This document shows, piece by piece, positions 11,600-23,730 of a stretch of DNA of 64,000 bases. Position numbers and translations under genes: made by a program. The DNA comes from the human T2T-CHM13v2.0 reference genome, Homo sapiens. Every line of letters begins with the position of its first letter. Position 1 is the stretch's first letter. Under the pieces are notes generated by a model that was given only the letters and a program-made list of their open reading frames with translations, did no database searches and was not told the origin of the DNA. The stretch lies in the NCBI RefSeq assembly GCF_009914755.1, contig NC_060932.1. One strand, written 5' to 3'.

Positions 11600-14500
11600 T
11601 GTTTTGGTTACTACTGTAGCCTTGTAGCATAGATAGAAGTCAGGTAGCGTGATGCCTCCATCTTTATTCTTTTTACTTAGAATTGTCTTGGCTATATGAG
11701 CTCTTTTTTAGTTCCATATGAAATTTAAAGCAGTTTTTTTCTAATTCTGTGAAGAAAGTCAATGGTAGTTTGATGAGGACAGCACTGAATCTATAAATTA
11801 TTTTGGGCAGTATGGCCGTTTTCACGATATTGATTCTTCCTATCCGTGAACATGGAATGTTTTTCCATTTGTTTGTGTCCTCTCTTATTTCCTCAAGCAG
11901 TGATTTATAGTTCTGCCTGAAGAGGTCCTTCACATCCCTTGTAAGTTGTATTCCCAGGTATTTTATTCTCTTTGTGGCAATTGTGAATGGGTCACTCATG
12001 ACTTGGCTCTCTGTTTGTCTATTATTGGTGTATAGGGATGTTTGTGATTTTTGCTTATTGATTTTGTATACTAAGACTTTACTGAAGTTGCTTATCAGCT
12101 TAAGGAGATTTTCGGCTGAGAGGATGAGGTTTTCTAAATATACAATCATGTCATCTGCAGAGTCAATTTGACTTCCTCTCTTTCTATTTGAATACCCTTT
12201 ATTCCTTTCTCTTGCCTGATTACCCTGGCCATAACTTCCAATACTACATTGAGTAGGAGTGGTGAAAGAGGGCATACTTGTCTTGTGCCGGCTTTCAAAG
12301 GGAATGCTTCCAGCTTTTGCCCATTCCATATGATATTGGATTTGGGTTCGACATAAATAGCTTTTATTATTTTGAGACATGTTCCATTAATACCTAGTTT
12401 ATTGACAGTTTTTTTAGCATTAAGAGGTGTTGAATTTTATCGAAGACCTTTTCTGCATCTGTTGAGATAATCATGTGGTTTTTGTCATTGGTTCTGTTTA
12501 TGTGATGGATTACATTTATTGATTTGTGTAGGTTGAACCAGCCTTGAATCCCAGGGATGAAGCTGACTTGATCATGGTGGATAAGCTTTTTGATGTGCTG
12601 CTGGATTTGGTTTGCCAGTATTTTATTGAGGATTTTCACATAGATGTTCATCAGGGATATTGGCCTGAAATTTTCTTTTTTTGTTATGTCTTTGCCAGGT
12701 TTTGGTATCAGGATGATGCTGGCCTCATAAAATGAGTTAGGGATGAGTCCCTCTTTTCCTATTGTTTGGAATAGTTTCAGAAGGAATGGTACCAGCTCCT
12801 CTTTGTACCTCTAGTAGGATTTGGCTGTGAATATGCCTGGTCCTGGGCTTTTTTTGTTGGTAGGCTATTAATTATTGCCTCAATTTCAGAACTTGTTATT
12901 GGTCTATTCAGCGATTCGACTTCTTTCTGGTTTAGTGTTGGGAGGGTGTATGTATCCAGGAATTTATCCATTTCTTCTAGATTTTCTAGTTTATTTGCAT
13001 AGTGATGTGTATAGTATTCTCTGATGTTAGTTTGTATTTCTGTGGGATCGGGGGTGATAGCCCCTTAATCATTTTTTTATCATGTGTATTTGATTCTTCT
13101 CTCTTGTCTTCTTTATTATTCTGGCTAGCGAACTATCCATTTTGTTAGTCTTTTCAAAAAACCAGCTCCTGGATTTATTGATATTTTGAAGTGTTTTTTG
13201 TGTCTCTTATCTCCTTCAGTTCTGCTCTGATTTTAGGTATTTCTTGTCTTCTGCTAACTTTTGAATTTGTTTGCTATTGCTTCTCTAGTTGTTTTAATTG
13301 TGATGTTAGAGTGTCAATTTTAGATCTTTCCTGCTTTCTCTTGTGGGCCTTTAGTGCTATAAATTTCCCTCTAAGCACTGCTTTAAATGTGCCCCAGAGA
13401 TTCTGGTACATTGTGTCTTTGTTCTCATTGGTTTCAAAGAACATCTTTATTTGTGCCTTCATTTCATTATTTACCCAGTAGTCATTCAGGAGCAAGTTTT
13501 TCAGTTTCCATGTAGTTGTGTTGTTTTGAGTGAGTTTCTTAATCCTGAGTTCTAATTTGAATGCACTGTGGTCTGAGAGACAGTTTGTTATGACTTCCAT
13601 TGTTTTGCATTTGCTGATGAGTGTTTTACTTCCAATTATGTGGTCAATTTTAGAATAAGTGCGATGTGGTGCTGAGAAGAAAGTATATTCTGTAGATTTG
13701 GGATGGAGAGTTCTGTATATGTCTATTAGGTCTGCTTGGTCCATAGCTGAGTTCAAGTCCTGGATATCTTTGTTAATTTTCTGTCTTATCGATCTAATAT
13801 TGACAGTGGGGTGTTAAAGTCTCCCACTATTGTTGTGTGAGAGTCTAAGTCTCTTTGTAAGTCACTAAGAACTTGCTTTATGAATCTGAGTGCTCCTGTA
13901 TTGGGTGCATATATATTTAGGATAGTTAGCTCTTCTTGTTGCATTGATCCCTTTACCATTATGTAATGCCCTTCTTTGTCTCTTTTGATCTTTGTTGGCT
14001 TAAAGTCTGTTTTATCAGAGACTAGGATTGCGACACCTGCTTTTTTTTGCTTTCCACTTGCTTGATAAATCTTCCTCCATCCCTTTATTTTGAGCCTATG
14101 TGTGTCTTTGCACGTGAGATAGGTCTCCTGAATACAGCACATTGATGGGTCTTGAGTCTTTATCCAATTTGCCAGTCTGTGTCTTTTAATTGAGGCATTT
14201 AGCCCATTTACATTTAAGGTTAATATTGTTATGTTTGAATTTAATCCTGTCATTATGATGCTAGCTGGTTATTTTGCCCGTTAGTTGATGCAGTTTCTTC
14301 ATAGCATCTATGGTCTTTACAATTTGGTATATTTTGGCAGTGGCTGGTACTGATTTTTCCTTTCCATATCTAGTGCTTCTTTCAGGAGCTCTTGTAAGGC
14401 AGGCCTGGTGGTGACAAAATCTCTCAGCATTTGCTTGTCTGCAAAGGATTTTATTTCTCCTTCACTTATGAAGCTTAGTTTGGCTGGATATGAAATTCTG

Positions 14501-14785
14501 GGCTGAAAATTCTTTTCTTTAAGCATGTTGAATATTGGCCCCCACTTTCTCCTGGCTTGTAGGGTTTCTGCAGAGAGATCCACTGTGAGTCTGATGGGCT
14601 TCCCTTTGTGGGTAACCTGACCTTTCTCTCTGGCTGCCCTCAACATTTTTTCCTTCATTTCAACCTTGGTGAATCCGATGATTATATGTCTTGGGGTTGC
14701 TCTTCTTGAGGAGTATCTTTGGGGTGTTCTCTGTATTTCCTGAATTTGAATGTTGACCTGTCTTGCAAGGTTGGGGAAATTCTCC
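11600..14785 (-). mobile_element. Inverted 5' arm of a twin-primed L1PA (about L1PA7/8): ORF1 C-half and ORF2 endonuclease/RT, frameshifted
   Basis: Minus-strand pieces: [28 protein letters not shown] (ORF1), MTGLNSNITILTLNVNGLN (endonuclease), [24 protein letters not shown] and [10 protein letters not shown] (RT). Multiple stops and frameshifts. Confidence 0.95.
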
Positions 14786-16281
14786 AAGACAATACTAAGC
14801 AAAAAGAACAAAGCTGGAGGCATCACACTGCCTGACTTCAAACTATACGACAAGGCTACAGTAACCAAAACAGCATGGTACTGGTACCAAAATAGATATG
14901 TAGACCAATGGAACAGAACAGAGGCCTCAGAAATAATGCCACACACCTACAACCATCTGATCTTTGATGAACATTATAAAAACAAGCAATGGGGAAAGGA
15001 TTCCCTATTTAATAAATGGTGTTGGGAAAACTGGCTAGCCATATGCAGAAAACTGAAACTTGACCCCTTCCTTACACATTATACAAAAATTAACTCAAGA
15101 TGGAGTAAAGATTTAAATGTGAGACCTAAAACCATAAAAACCCTAGAAGAAAACCTAGGCAATACCATTCAGGACATAGGCATGGGCAAAGACTTCTATG
15201 ACTAAAACACCAAAAGCAATGGCAACAAAAGATGAAATAGACAAATGTGATCAAATTAAACTAAAGAGCTTCTGCACAGCAAAAGAATCTATCATCAGAG
15301 TGAACAGGCAACCTACAGAATGGGAGAAAATTTTTGCAATCTATCCATCTGACAAAGGGTTAATATCCAGAATCTACAAGGAACTTAAACAAATTTACAA
15401 GAAAAAAACAAACAATCCCATCAAAAAGTGGGGTGAAGGATATAAAAAGACACTTCTCAAAAAAGACATTTATGTGACCAACAAACATGAAAAAAAGCTC
15501 ATCATCACTGGTCATTAGATAAATGCAAATCAAAACCACAATGCGATGCCATCTCATGCCAGTTAGAATGGTGATCATTAAAAAGTCAGGAAACAACAGA
15601 TGCTGGAGAGGATGTGGAGAAATAGGCATGCTTTTACACTGTTGATGGGAGTGTTAATTAGTTCAACCATTGTGGAAGACAGTGTGAGGATTCCTCAAGG
15701 ATCTAGAACTAGAAATACCATTTGACCCAGCAATCCCATTACTGGGTATATACCCAAAGGAGATAAATTATTCTACTATAAAGACACATGCACACATATG
15801 TTTATTGCAGCACTATTCACAATAGCAAAGACTTGGAACCAACCCAAATGTCCATCAATGATAGACCGGATAAAAAAATGTGGCACATATACACCATGGA
15901 ATCCTATGCAGCCATAAAAAAGGATGAGTTCATTCCCTTTGCAGGAACATGGATGAAGCTGGAAACCATCATTCTCAGCAAACTAACACAGGAACTGAAA
16001 ACCAAACACTGCATGTTCTCACTCATAAGTGGGAGTTGGACAATGAGAACACATGGACACAGGGAGGGGAGCAACACACTCTGGTGCCAATTGTGGTGGG
16101 TGTGCAAGGGGAAGCAGAGCATTATGGCAAATAACCAACGCATGTGGGGCTTAACAACTAAATGATGAGTTGATAGGTTGCAGACCACAATGGCACATGT
16201 ATACCTATGTAACAAACCTGCATGTTCTGCACATGTATCCCAGAATTTGAAGTAAAATAAAATAAAAATTAAAAAATTAAA
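14784..16281 (+). mobile_element. Non-inverted 3' arm of the same L1PA: ORF2 C-terminus, 3' UTR and poly-A
   Basis: [34 protein letters not shown] on +, an older L1PA-type 3' UTR, and an A-rich tail. Candidate TSD aagaaac at 11593-11599 and 16282-16288; the flanks rejoin as a MIR core. Confidence 0.95.
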
Positions 16282-17220
16282 AAGAAACAGGCTCAGAGAG
16301 GTTAAAAGACTTGTCTAAGGTTCATGCAATTTAATTGAGAAAAATAAAACCAGAATGCAGGTTCCATGAATTCTTAAAGTTCCTATAGGAATGCAAGAAA
16401 ATGCTAGGCTTAGCCAGCAATGCACTTGATTTCCTATTTTTCCCAGGAACATCACATTTGATTCTGTTTCCCTTATTTCACCTAGTGCTCTGGAATGTGA
16501 ATGGGCAAGTAATGGAGCAATCCATGTTCCTGTGTAGGGTCCACAGAACACGACTGCAAGTATGTTTTCTGTCTTTAAGGCATAAGACAAAGTGTGTAAT
16601 TATTCACAGTCGCAAATTAAAATAAAATCTCAATGAAAATAAAATGAAATCTGAATATGAGTATGAAATTTCAAATGTGATTACAGATGTGTTAAAAAAC
16701 AAAGATAACAATCAGTGAAAGAGAGAAAGCTAAGATATATAAAGGCATTCACCAGAAAACCATAAAAATCTTAAATAATTACAAGGATGTGAAGTGTTGA
16801 AATTACGTTATGCATTTGAGCAAATGGAAAATCCATAAAATCTATTTTTATATTATAAAATGAGATTTTAAGAATACCTGTTTGTCTATTTAATAGCCCA
16901 TTTTGCAATAAGTGTCTTTGTAACCTCCAAATAAATGTACAAGCTTAGCAGTCTATGATTATTTTCTATCTCTTTTCTAAAGTAAACTCTATATGCAATT
17001 ATAAGGGCAATGGAATGCACATAGAGCGAAGAAGAACGGGAGATTGTGATAAAAGGAAGTGTCTTTCCTTAAGTACGGAAAAAAGTAAATGTTGCTGCAT
17101 TCAATCACTAGCAGAAATTTTTTTATATCTAATATAATGGCTGTTGCTAGTGAAATCATATGGTATTAACTACATACTCAGTGTGCCTATGGCTAGAACC
17201 ACGTCTACAAATTCAGGTAT

Positions 17221-17239
17221 TTACCACTAGGTGGCAGTG
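17221..17239 (+). promoter_or_regulatory. CTCF motif (forward)
   Basis: TTACCACTAGGTGGCAGTG fully matches the core consensus CCASYAGRKGGCRS. Confidence 0.7.
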
Positions 17240-20200
17240 GCACTACCTAGGGTAGTATGGACCTTCAATAGCTTCAGCTGGATTAACACAATTGCTCCTC
17301 TCCGTAGCATCTGGAGCTTTCCAGTGATAAATACATCACCCTCAAAAAAATTTTTTTGTTATTTAAAAACAACTGAATTCACAAATAAAACATTAATTAG
17401 ATATCTGTTTCCCAATGAAATAATATTAGACTCAAGGTTTAAAGGAAGATAGCCCTGTAGATAGATGACTTGAATATTTACTGCATCGCTCTTCATCAAA
17501 TTGAGTTGAATTGTACTGCCCTGAACAGAATCAAGTTAGCACAGATAGATGCATGGTAGAAATATTTAAATAGATTTTGTCACTACCTACCTTAATTTAG
17601 GTTACAAAATTACTCTGACATGCTTCATAGGGGCACGATTTTTCCTGATTCTTCTCCTTCAGCTGAGTTTTCAACTCGCGCTCACTCTTATAAAAATCAT
17701 GCATCACATTTTCTCCTGACAATGAGGCCTGAAGCAGTTTCACCTTGCAGGACTGTTATGCTTCAAAAATAAACTGAAGGAATTCTTGCTGGAGCACTCT
17801 GCTTTTTCTTTTCCTTTGCAAACCTATCCATGGTACAAAACTGTCACCTCTGTTATGAGTCACACTCACTAATAATCAATAGTTTCTAAGATACATTGTC
17901 ATCTGTTAGCCTCTGTGATACATTTCCTCTTTTGAGGCTTCTTTTAATGTGAGGGATTCATTTTTTCCACACAGTTATCTAAGATATCCTATTAAACAAG
18001 TTAGCAACTTTCAGATCTCTTCCAGTGTCTCCTTGAAGAGGTTTTGCTCTCTTGTTTTTTATTATTCTTAGAAGCAGACAGAAGAGATTGATTTTAAAAC
18101 TGCAATATATAACAATCATGTTATCATATCTTAATTAGCATCAGATTCCACAAAAAGTGCCTGTATTCACTAAACAAGGGAGAAAAGCTTCCCTCTTCAC
18201 TTTAGTCTGAGATTGTTTTCAACAAGTTTATTCTGTATCATTATATCTTTCAAAAATTAAAAAGTAAGACCATGCATTTAAAAGAAAAAAGCTGAATCAG
18301 CATTTTTAACTAGAAAATATAGGTTGTTTGATAATACAAAAACCAAAGAACAACTCAAAAAACAATGAAGAGTTGTTCTGAGCTTAAGTAGTATGCAAAT
18401 TGCTTTTTTTTTAAATGGTAGCATGATCAACACGAATGATATTTCTGGGTCTTGGCACATCAAACTACCCACAGATGAAAGATGACTTAATTGCTTTGAC
18501 CACAGTCCGAGTCAGAATAGCTCAGTTGGCAAATATAAAAATAGCTTGGTGCTATTTGCATTTGCATTTGAGCAAGAAGTGATTTCATTTTAATGCCCAA
18601 AGTCTAGGTAACAAAGCAACCCATAGGTAGTGAAACACACCTTGCAAGCAAGAAATGCAATTCCTGGCTGGAGCATCTAAGGGTTGCAGGGGACACATTG
18701 ATCTTGTCAGCTACATTCGTGTGCATAGGAAATAACATTGTCAGCACAGCTCCTTCAAATTCAGATCACAATATATCGAGAGTTTATGTCTTCAGAGGTT
18801 AAGCAGTTAAGCATTCAGAGATTTGTTACCCATGCCATCACTTTTAAGTAACCCTCTAAAAATCTTTTAATAATTAATTGTTATTCTGAATGTCTAATGT
18901 TACTGTTAATAGCTTAAGTTGCATCTCATAATTTCACCTAACAAAGTGTTTCTAATAAATAATCATAGCAGAGTGAGGCTTACTATATTTTAGACTTTAC
19001 TATGTAGCAGTCCAAATAAAGTAAAAATATATAGAAGAGGAAAAATATGACACAAAGAATAGGAAATTTCTCCAGGCCTTGTATTAAATGTGAATCTGAA
19101 GCAAGTAATGGTAAAATGTGAGCTACAGAGTCTTCATTTTTTCTAACCAGCTATCTTTGAGTTGCTGTTACTTTCATATTTTCTAAACTTTGTAATATAA
19201 ACAGCAAACTTAATTCAGAAAAAAAAAATCCACCATAACTGATTACCATAACCAAGATCACAGACATTTAAATCAAAAGTCACCTGAGTTGGAAAAGGTT
19301 TAAGTTTTTTCAATAAATTATTTTTTATAATGACTATAAAAGTTATATAGTACACAGAGGCTAGCTGGAGCTAGATACTTTACTGTACCTGAATTGCGGG
19401 GAATGCTTTCTGAGATATAAAGCTGACAATCAGACATCTGAGTGTGACTGGAAAATAGCAGTCCCTGAAAGATTAAAGTGTGAATTTTAGTAACCTCGAA
19501 AGCAAAAACCATTGTTCTTTCACTTTTGAACCAGGACGTAGACTGAGCGAATTAAAACACATACACACATAAAGAGATAAAAAGGGTAAAATAAAATGCC
19601 AAAATCATTTTCTCAAAGCTCAAAGTGTGAATTCTTGCTCTACAAAAATCTATATTTTCTCTGCTATTTAAAAAACAGTTCTGTGATCATGCTAAAATAT
19701 TAACATAAAATGACTTAATTTACAAGGTAAAACTGAGTTACTCTACTGGAATTCAATAAAGTTACTAATTTTGCAATATGATCACCTTGCCTTTTAATGT
19801 TATCAATTTTCTTCAAAACTTAAATGACTAGTAAAGAAAGGTTGATATCAGTGGTTAAGTCAAAACAAAACAAATTGCTCATAAATGTCATGATTAATTT
19901 AAAACAAATTCTTAACCCAAATAACATGAAAGGAAATGGTTATAGGCAATGGAATTTGGAGGAGGAGGGATAAAATTACGGAGTGCAAGTATTTAAAATT
20001 AGGAAAACTGCTTTCAATATTTTTAAATAGAGAAGAGAATGAATCACGAAGCAAATGACCCAGGCGAAATATTAACACTTTTACTTATTTAATATTTTAC
20101 TTTAAGCTTCTTTAATTGTTAAAAAAAAAAAAAAAAACTATATATACAAAACAGACAGTAAATATCTGTTGCCCACAATCCCTCTACTTCTTTGGGGAAG

Positions 20201-20769
20201 TATTTACAGTAATTTATGAAAAACCTCACTCTTGACCCTCAAATCTCAGTTCCCAGCAGTAATTAAAGTTATAAATAATTGTTCAGTAACTTTTTTTTCT
20301 GCATGTATCCACCCACAAAAAATAAGATAGGGAGGAGCGGTGGCAAATAATTTTAACGGTTTTGGTTTTTTTTAATCTGTGTTACGGCTGGTCTTGGGAT
20401 AGCAGAACCATTCATCTGGCCTTTATTGTTTGCTATGATCTCCACGTGATCTTCAAAATAAGAAACGTGCCATTTCTTCTCTGGTATACTTTCGCGGTGG
20501 GATTTCGGCTGCTGGAGGCACCTTCTCTCTGCGCTCTGGTTTGCCTTCCCTGACCCTGGCCATCGGCGTGGTTCCCCCGCCAGCAGTGCCGGGAGGTCGG
20601 CTCAGCCGCCTGTCGATGCCCACGTCACAGTGATGAGATACAGATTTCTGGATCCCATGCAGTCTGCACAGTTGATCACGCCTCCCACCAAATGACCCAG
20701 GAAATCAGGAACTTTGCACCAGAAGACCCACCATGTCCTATTTTCAACATCCTGAACATCAGAAAGGGA

Positions 20770-21560
20770 CACACACTTCTTTGTAAAAAATACCAATTAT
20801 GACCATGTTATATTTTACATCTTGCTTTTAAACTTAATTATGTATCAGAAATGGTTTCCCAGGTCAGTGTATATATAGATATACCACATTTTCTTTTTAT
20901 AATAGCTTTTTATGGAATGGAGGCATCATAACTTATTTAATCATTTGCTTACTAAGGAACATTTAGGTGTTCATATTTTCTGCCATTTAAGAAAATCTTC
21001 ATACATATATCTATATGTACTCATGCCATTCTTTCTGTAGGGTGGATTTTTAGATGTTGGACTCCAAATCACCATCCCTCAGTTTTTGTACTAATTTTTA
21101 CCACAACCATTTTCATTATAATTCCACATATATTTTTAAAATTTGGCCTATTTTTAAAACTACCTTAATTCATATTTTCTTTTTATTAATGATCTTGAAC
21201 ATCTTTTTATCCATTGTTTGGACAATTATTTTTTTTCTGCTAATTGCCAGATTAAATTATTTTTCTATTTTTGTGAAGAGTTTCTTGTTGTTTGGTAGAA
21301 GCTCTTTGTATGTTTGATGTGTTTCTTTTCCCCCAGTTGGTCATTTGTCCTTCAACTTTCTTTGTGGTATTTTTCTTCAAAGAACAGAAATTGTAATTGT
21401 TCTGTGTGTACTTAAATGTGACATCCTTTTCCTGTGTGACTCCTTGGGTTTTGTCTTGCTTAGAAAGCCTTTCCACTCTAAGTCTATAAAAACCGTCTCT
21501 ATAAAAATAGTAATGTATGGATTCATTACTTAAAACGTATATCTCAATCCACACAGAACT
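20770..21560 (-). mobile_element. Ancient L1M 3' fragment, antisense
   Basis: ataacttatttaatcatttgcttactaaggaacatttaggtgttc; ttggtagaagctctttgtat; ggtcatttgtccttcaactttc are degenerate antisense L1ME-like phrases. Confidence 0.55.
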
Positions 21561-23730
21561 GATTTAACTTTGATTTTAGTAAGAGAACAAAATTTAAGTA
21601 GAAATTATCTTCAAGCACTTGCAGAATAATGAAACCTGGGTCAATAAATAGCTGAGATTTAAAAAGAAAAAATAATTCAGACAAACCTGATTACCTTTCT
21701 TGATAAAAAAAAAAAACTAAATTAGTGGAGGGAGAGCAAGATGTGTAATAAATTTAGACCTTTGACATACAGTGTCTCCATCAATCTTTCATAGAAAAAT
21801 TAATTCAAATTGGCTTCTTCAAGGTGAACACTGTCATCTGAATTGAAAACTGCCTGATAGATCATAAACAACGAAAATAATAATAGCATTGATGCATCTA
21901 GCCATAGGGAAGAAGAAACAAATATCACACTAAGATCAATGATAGATCTGGATTCACAAAGCTTTTATATTAATAATCTGGAAAGAATAAAGATAAATGA
22001 AGTAATTATTCATTTAAGAAATGTCACTAAAAGAAAAAGTGCACTCTACACACCTGAACGCATTATAATAGAAGATTGCTGTGAAGGATAGAACCCTAGT
22101 AGGATATCCAAATAATAACTGACTTGGAGCCAACCCCATGATCATTTCTCTATACACATAAAATTAGTTCAGTCAATTCGCACTTATGGTGACCACTGTG
22201 TAACAGACTAGAGACAAATGCATTCAGTTTAAGACTCTGCAGGAAGAGCAATAGGGATACTCCTAGCCAGAGAAAGGTGAGGCAGTGGTGGGTGAGGGCA
22301 CTGTGGATGTGGAAATAAAAGTCAAAACAGCTATGGCTCCTACTCCCATGACCCTCAGACATGGCCCAAGCAAGGGAAGATGCTCTAAAATCTGCCACTA
22401 CCTGAAAGTTGTGATAGAAAAAGTAAATAAATTACAAACCAACAATGATAATGAAAGGTGACTGAACTGGTTTAGATGAAATACAAAAAAAAGCATAATA
22501 AAGTGTTGATGCTAAATTCACATATCATTTTAGTGTTTACACAGTGCTTTCCCATAGTCTTATTTGATTAATACCCTCAGGTACCCTGAAGTAGTCAGGA
22601 AAAGTGTGATTAATAGATTCATTCTCCTCCCGAGGCTAAGTAGAACCAAAGAAATTGCCCAAGATTACATACTCTGCTGGGGATCTTTTATTTCTACTAT
22701 ACCTACTCCAACCATTTAAAGCAATTCACAGAGAAGTGCAATCAGGTTTGGAAATATGTAAAAATTGTACCTCAAAAACTTTTTTATAAAAGAAAAGCAA
22801 ACAGTATCTTTATTAGACAAATAATTTCCACATTCAGTAAACACATGAAATACATTATTTGGCCTCAAGTCGACATACTTACTTTTCCTCTGCCTGCCTT
22901 CCTTTCATCCTTCCTTTATTCCTTCCCCTGCCCTTTTCCCCCATGAGCATTCTTCTTGAAAACATGGGAAGCAACTCAAGCGAGTAAGAATGTTTAAGTA
23001 CATGTATTGCAAAACAATCTTTCTGGGAAAATCTCAACTTTTCACCCATGGAGGGAGTGGGAGATTTTTTTTTCTCACAAGTACCTAAAGCCCAAAAGGC
23101 TCTTAAATTACTTTTAAGATTAACTTTAATGCCTCCATGCCACCCAAGTGATAATGTCCATTCTCCATGTGGGCACCGTACTGCAATAGACAGGCAGCTT
23201 GGTTTGTCTGCCAACACCATTGGAAGCCAATGATGCCTGCCTTCAGGTAACTGGATGAAACATTTCATTAGAGAAATGTTATTTGTATGTTAAGACACTC
23301 TTGTCATGATTCCTTGCAGCTGTTGATTTCCTTTTCACAAGACTTACTTATTACTGTGTAAATATAGCACACGTATATATAGGTATACATATATATATAC
23401 ATGCTTGTGTGTGCGCGCGTGTGTGTATTTCCCTCGTGGACAATTCAATCAGTACAGTTTTCAGCCAAATGAAATAAAAAGCAAGTTAAATCTTTCTTAA
23501 ACATAAGTTAAAATGATGATGTGCAACAATACCGCATTGCTAGAAGAGATCAAATGACCTCATCAAAGATGTTTGAGAAGATATCAAACGTATCCATGTT
23601 AAATTTCAAAATGTAACTGTGAAAAGCTCTCTAGATAACCATCTGTTTATCTAGTTCCTCCTATATATAATCAACTTTCTTTCAAACAGGAACTCTTACA
23701 TTGACAAAATAAATGAGTCCAAATATTTGG

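Noticed and set aside
14317-15205. 209-aa and 151-aa ORFs crossing the L1 junction as new chimeric genes
   Set aside because: They are products of the inversion junction between broken L1 arms, with non-ATG starts and no L1 promoter.
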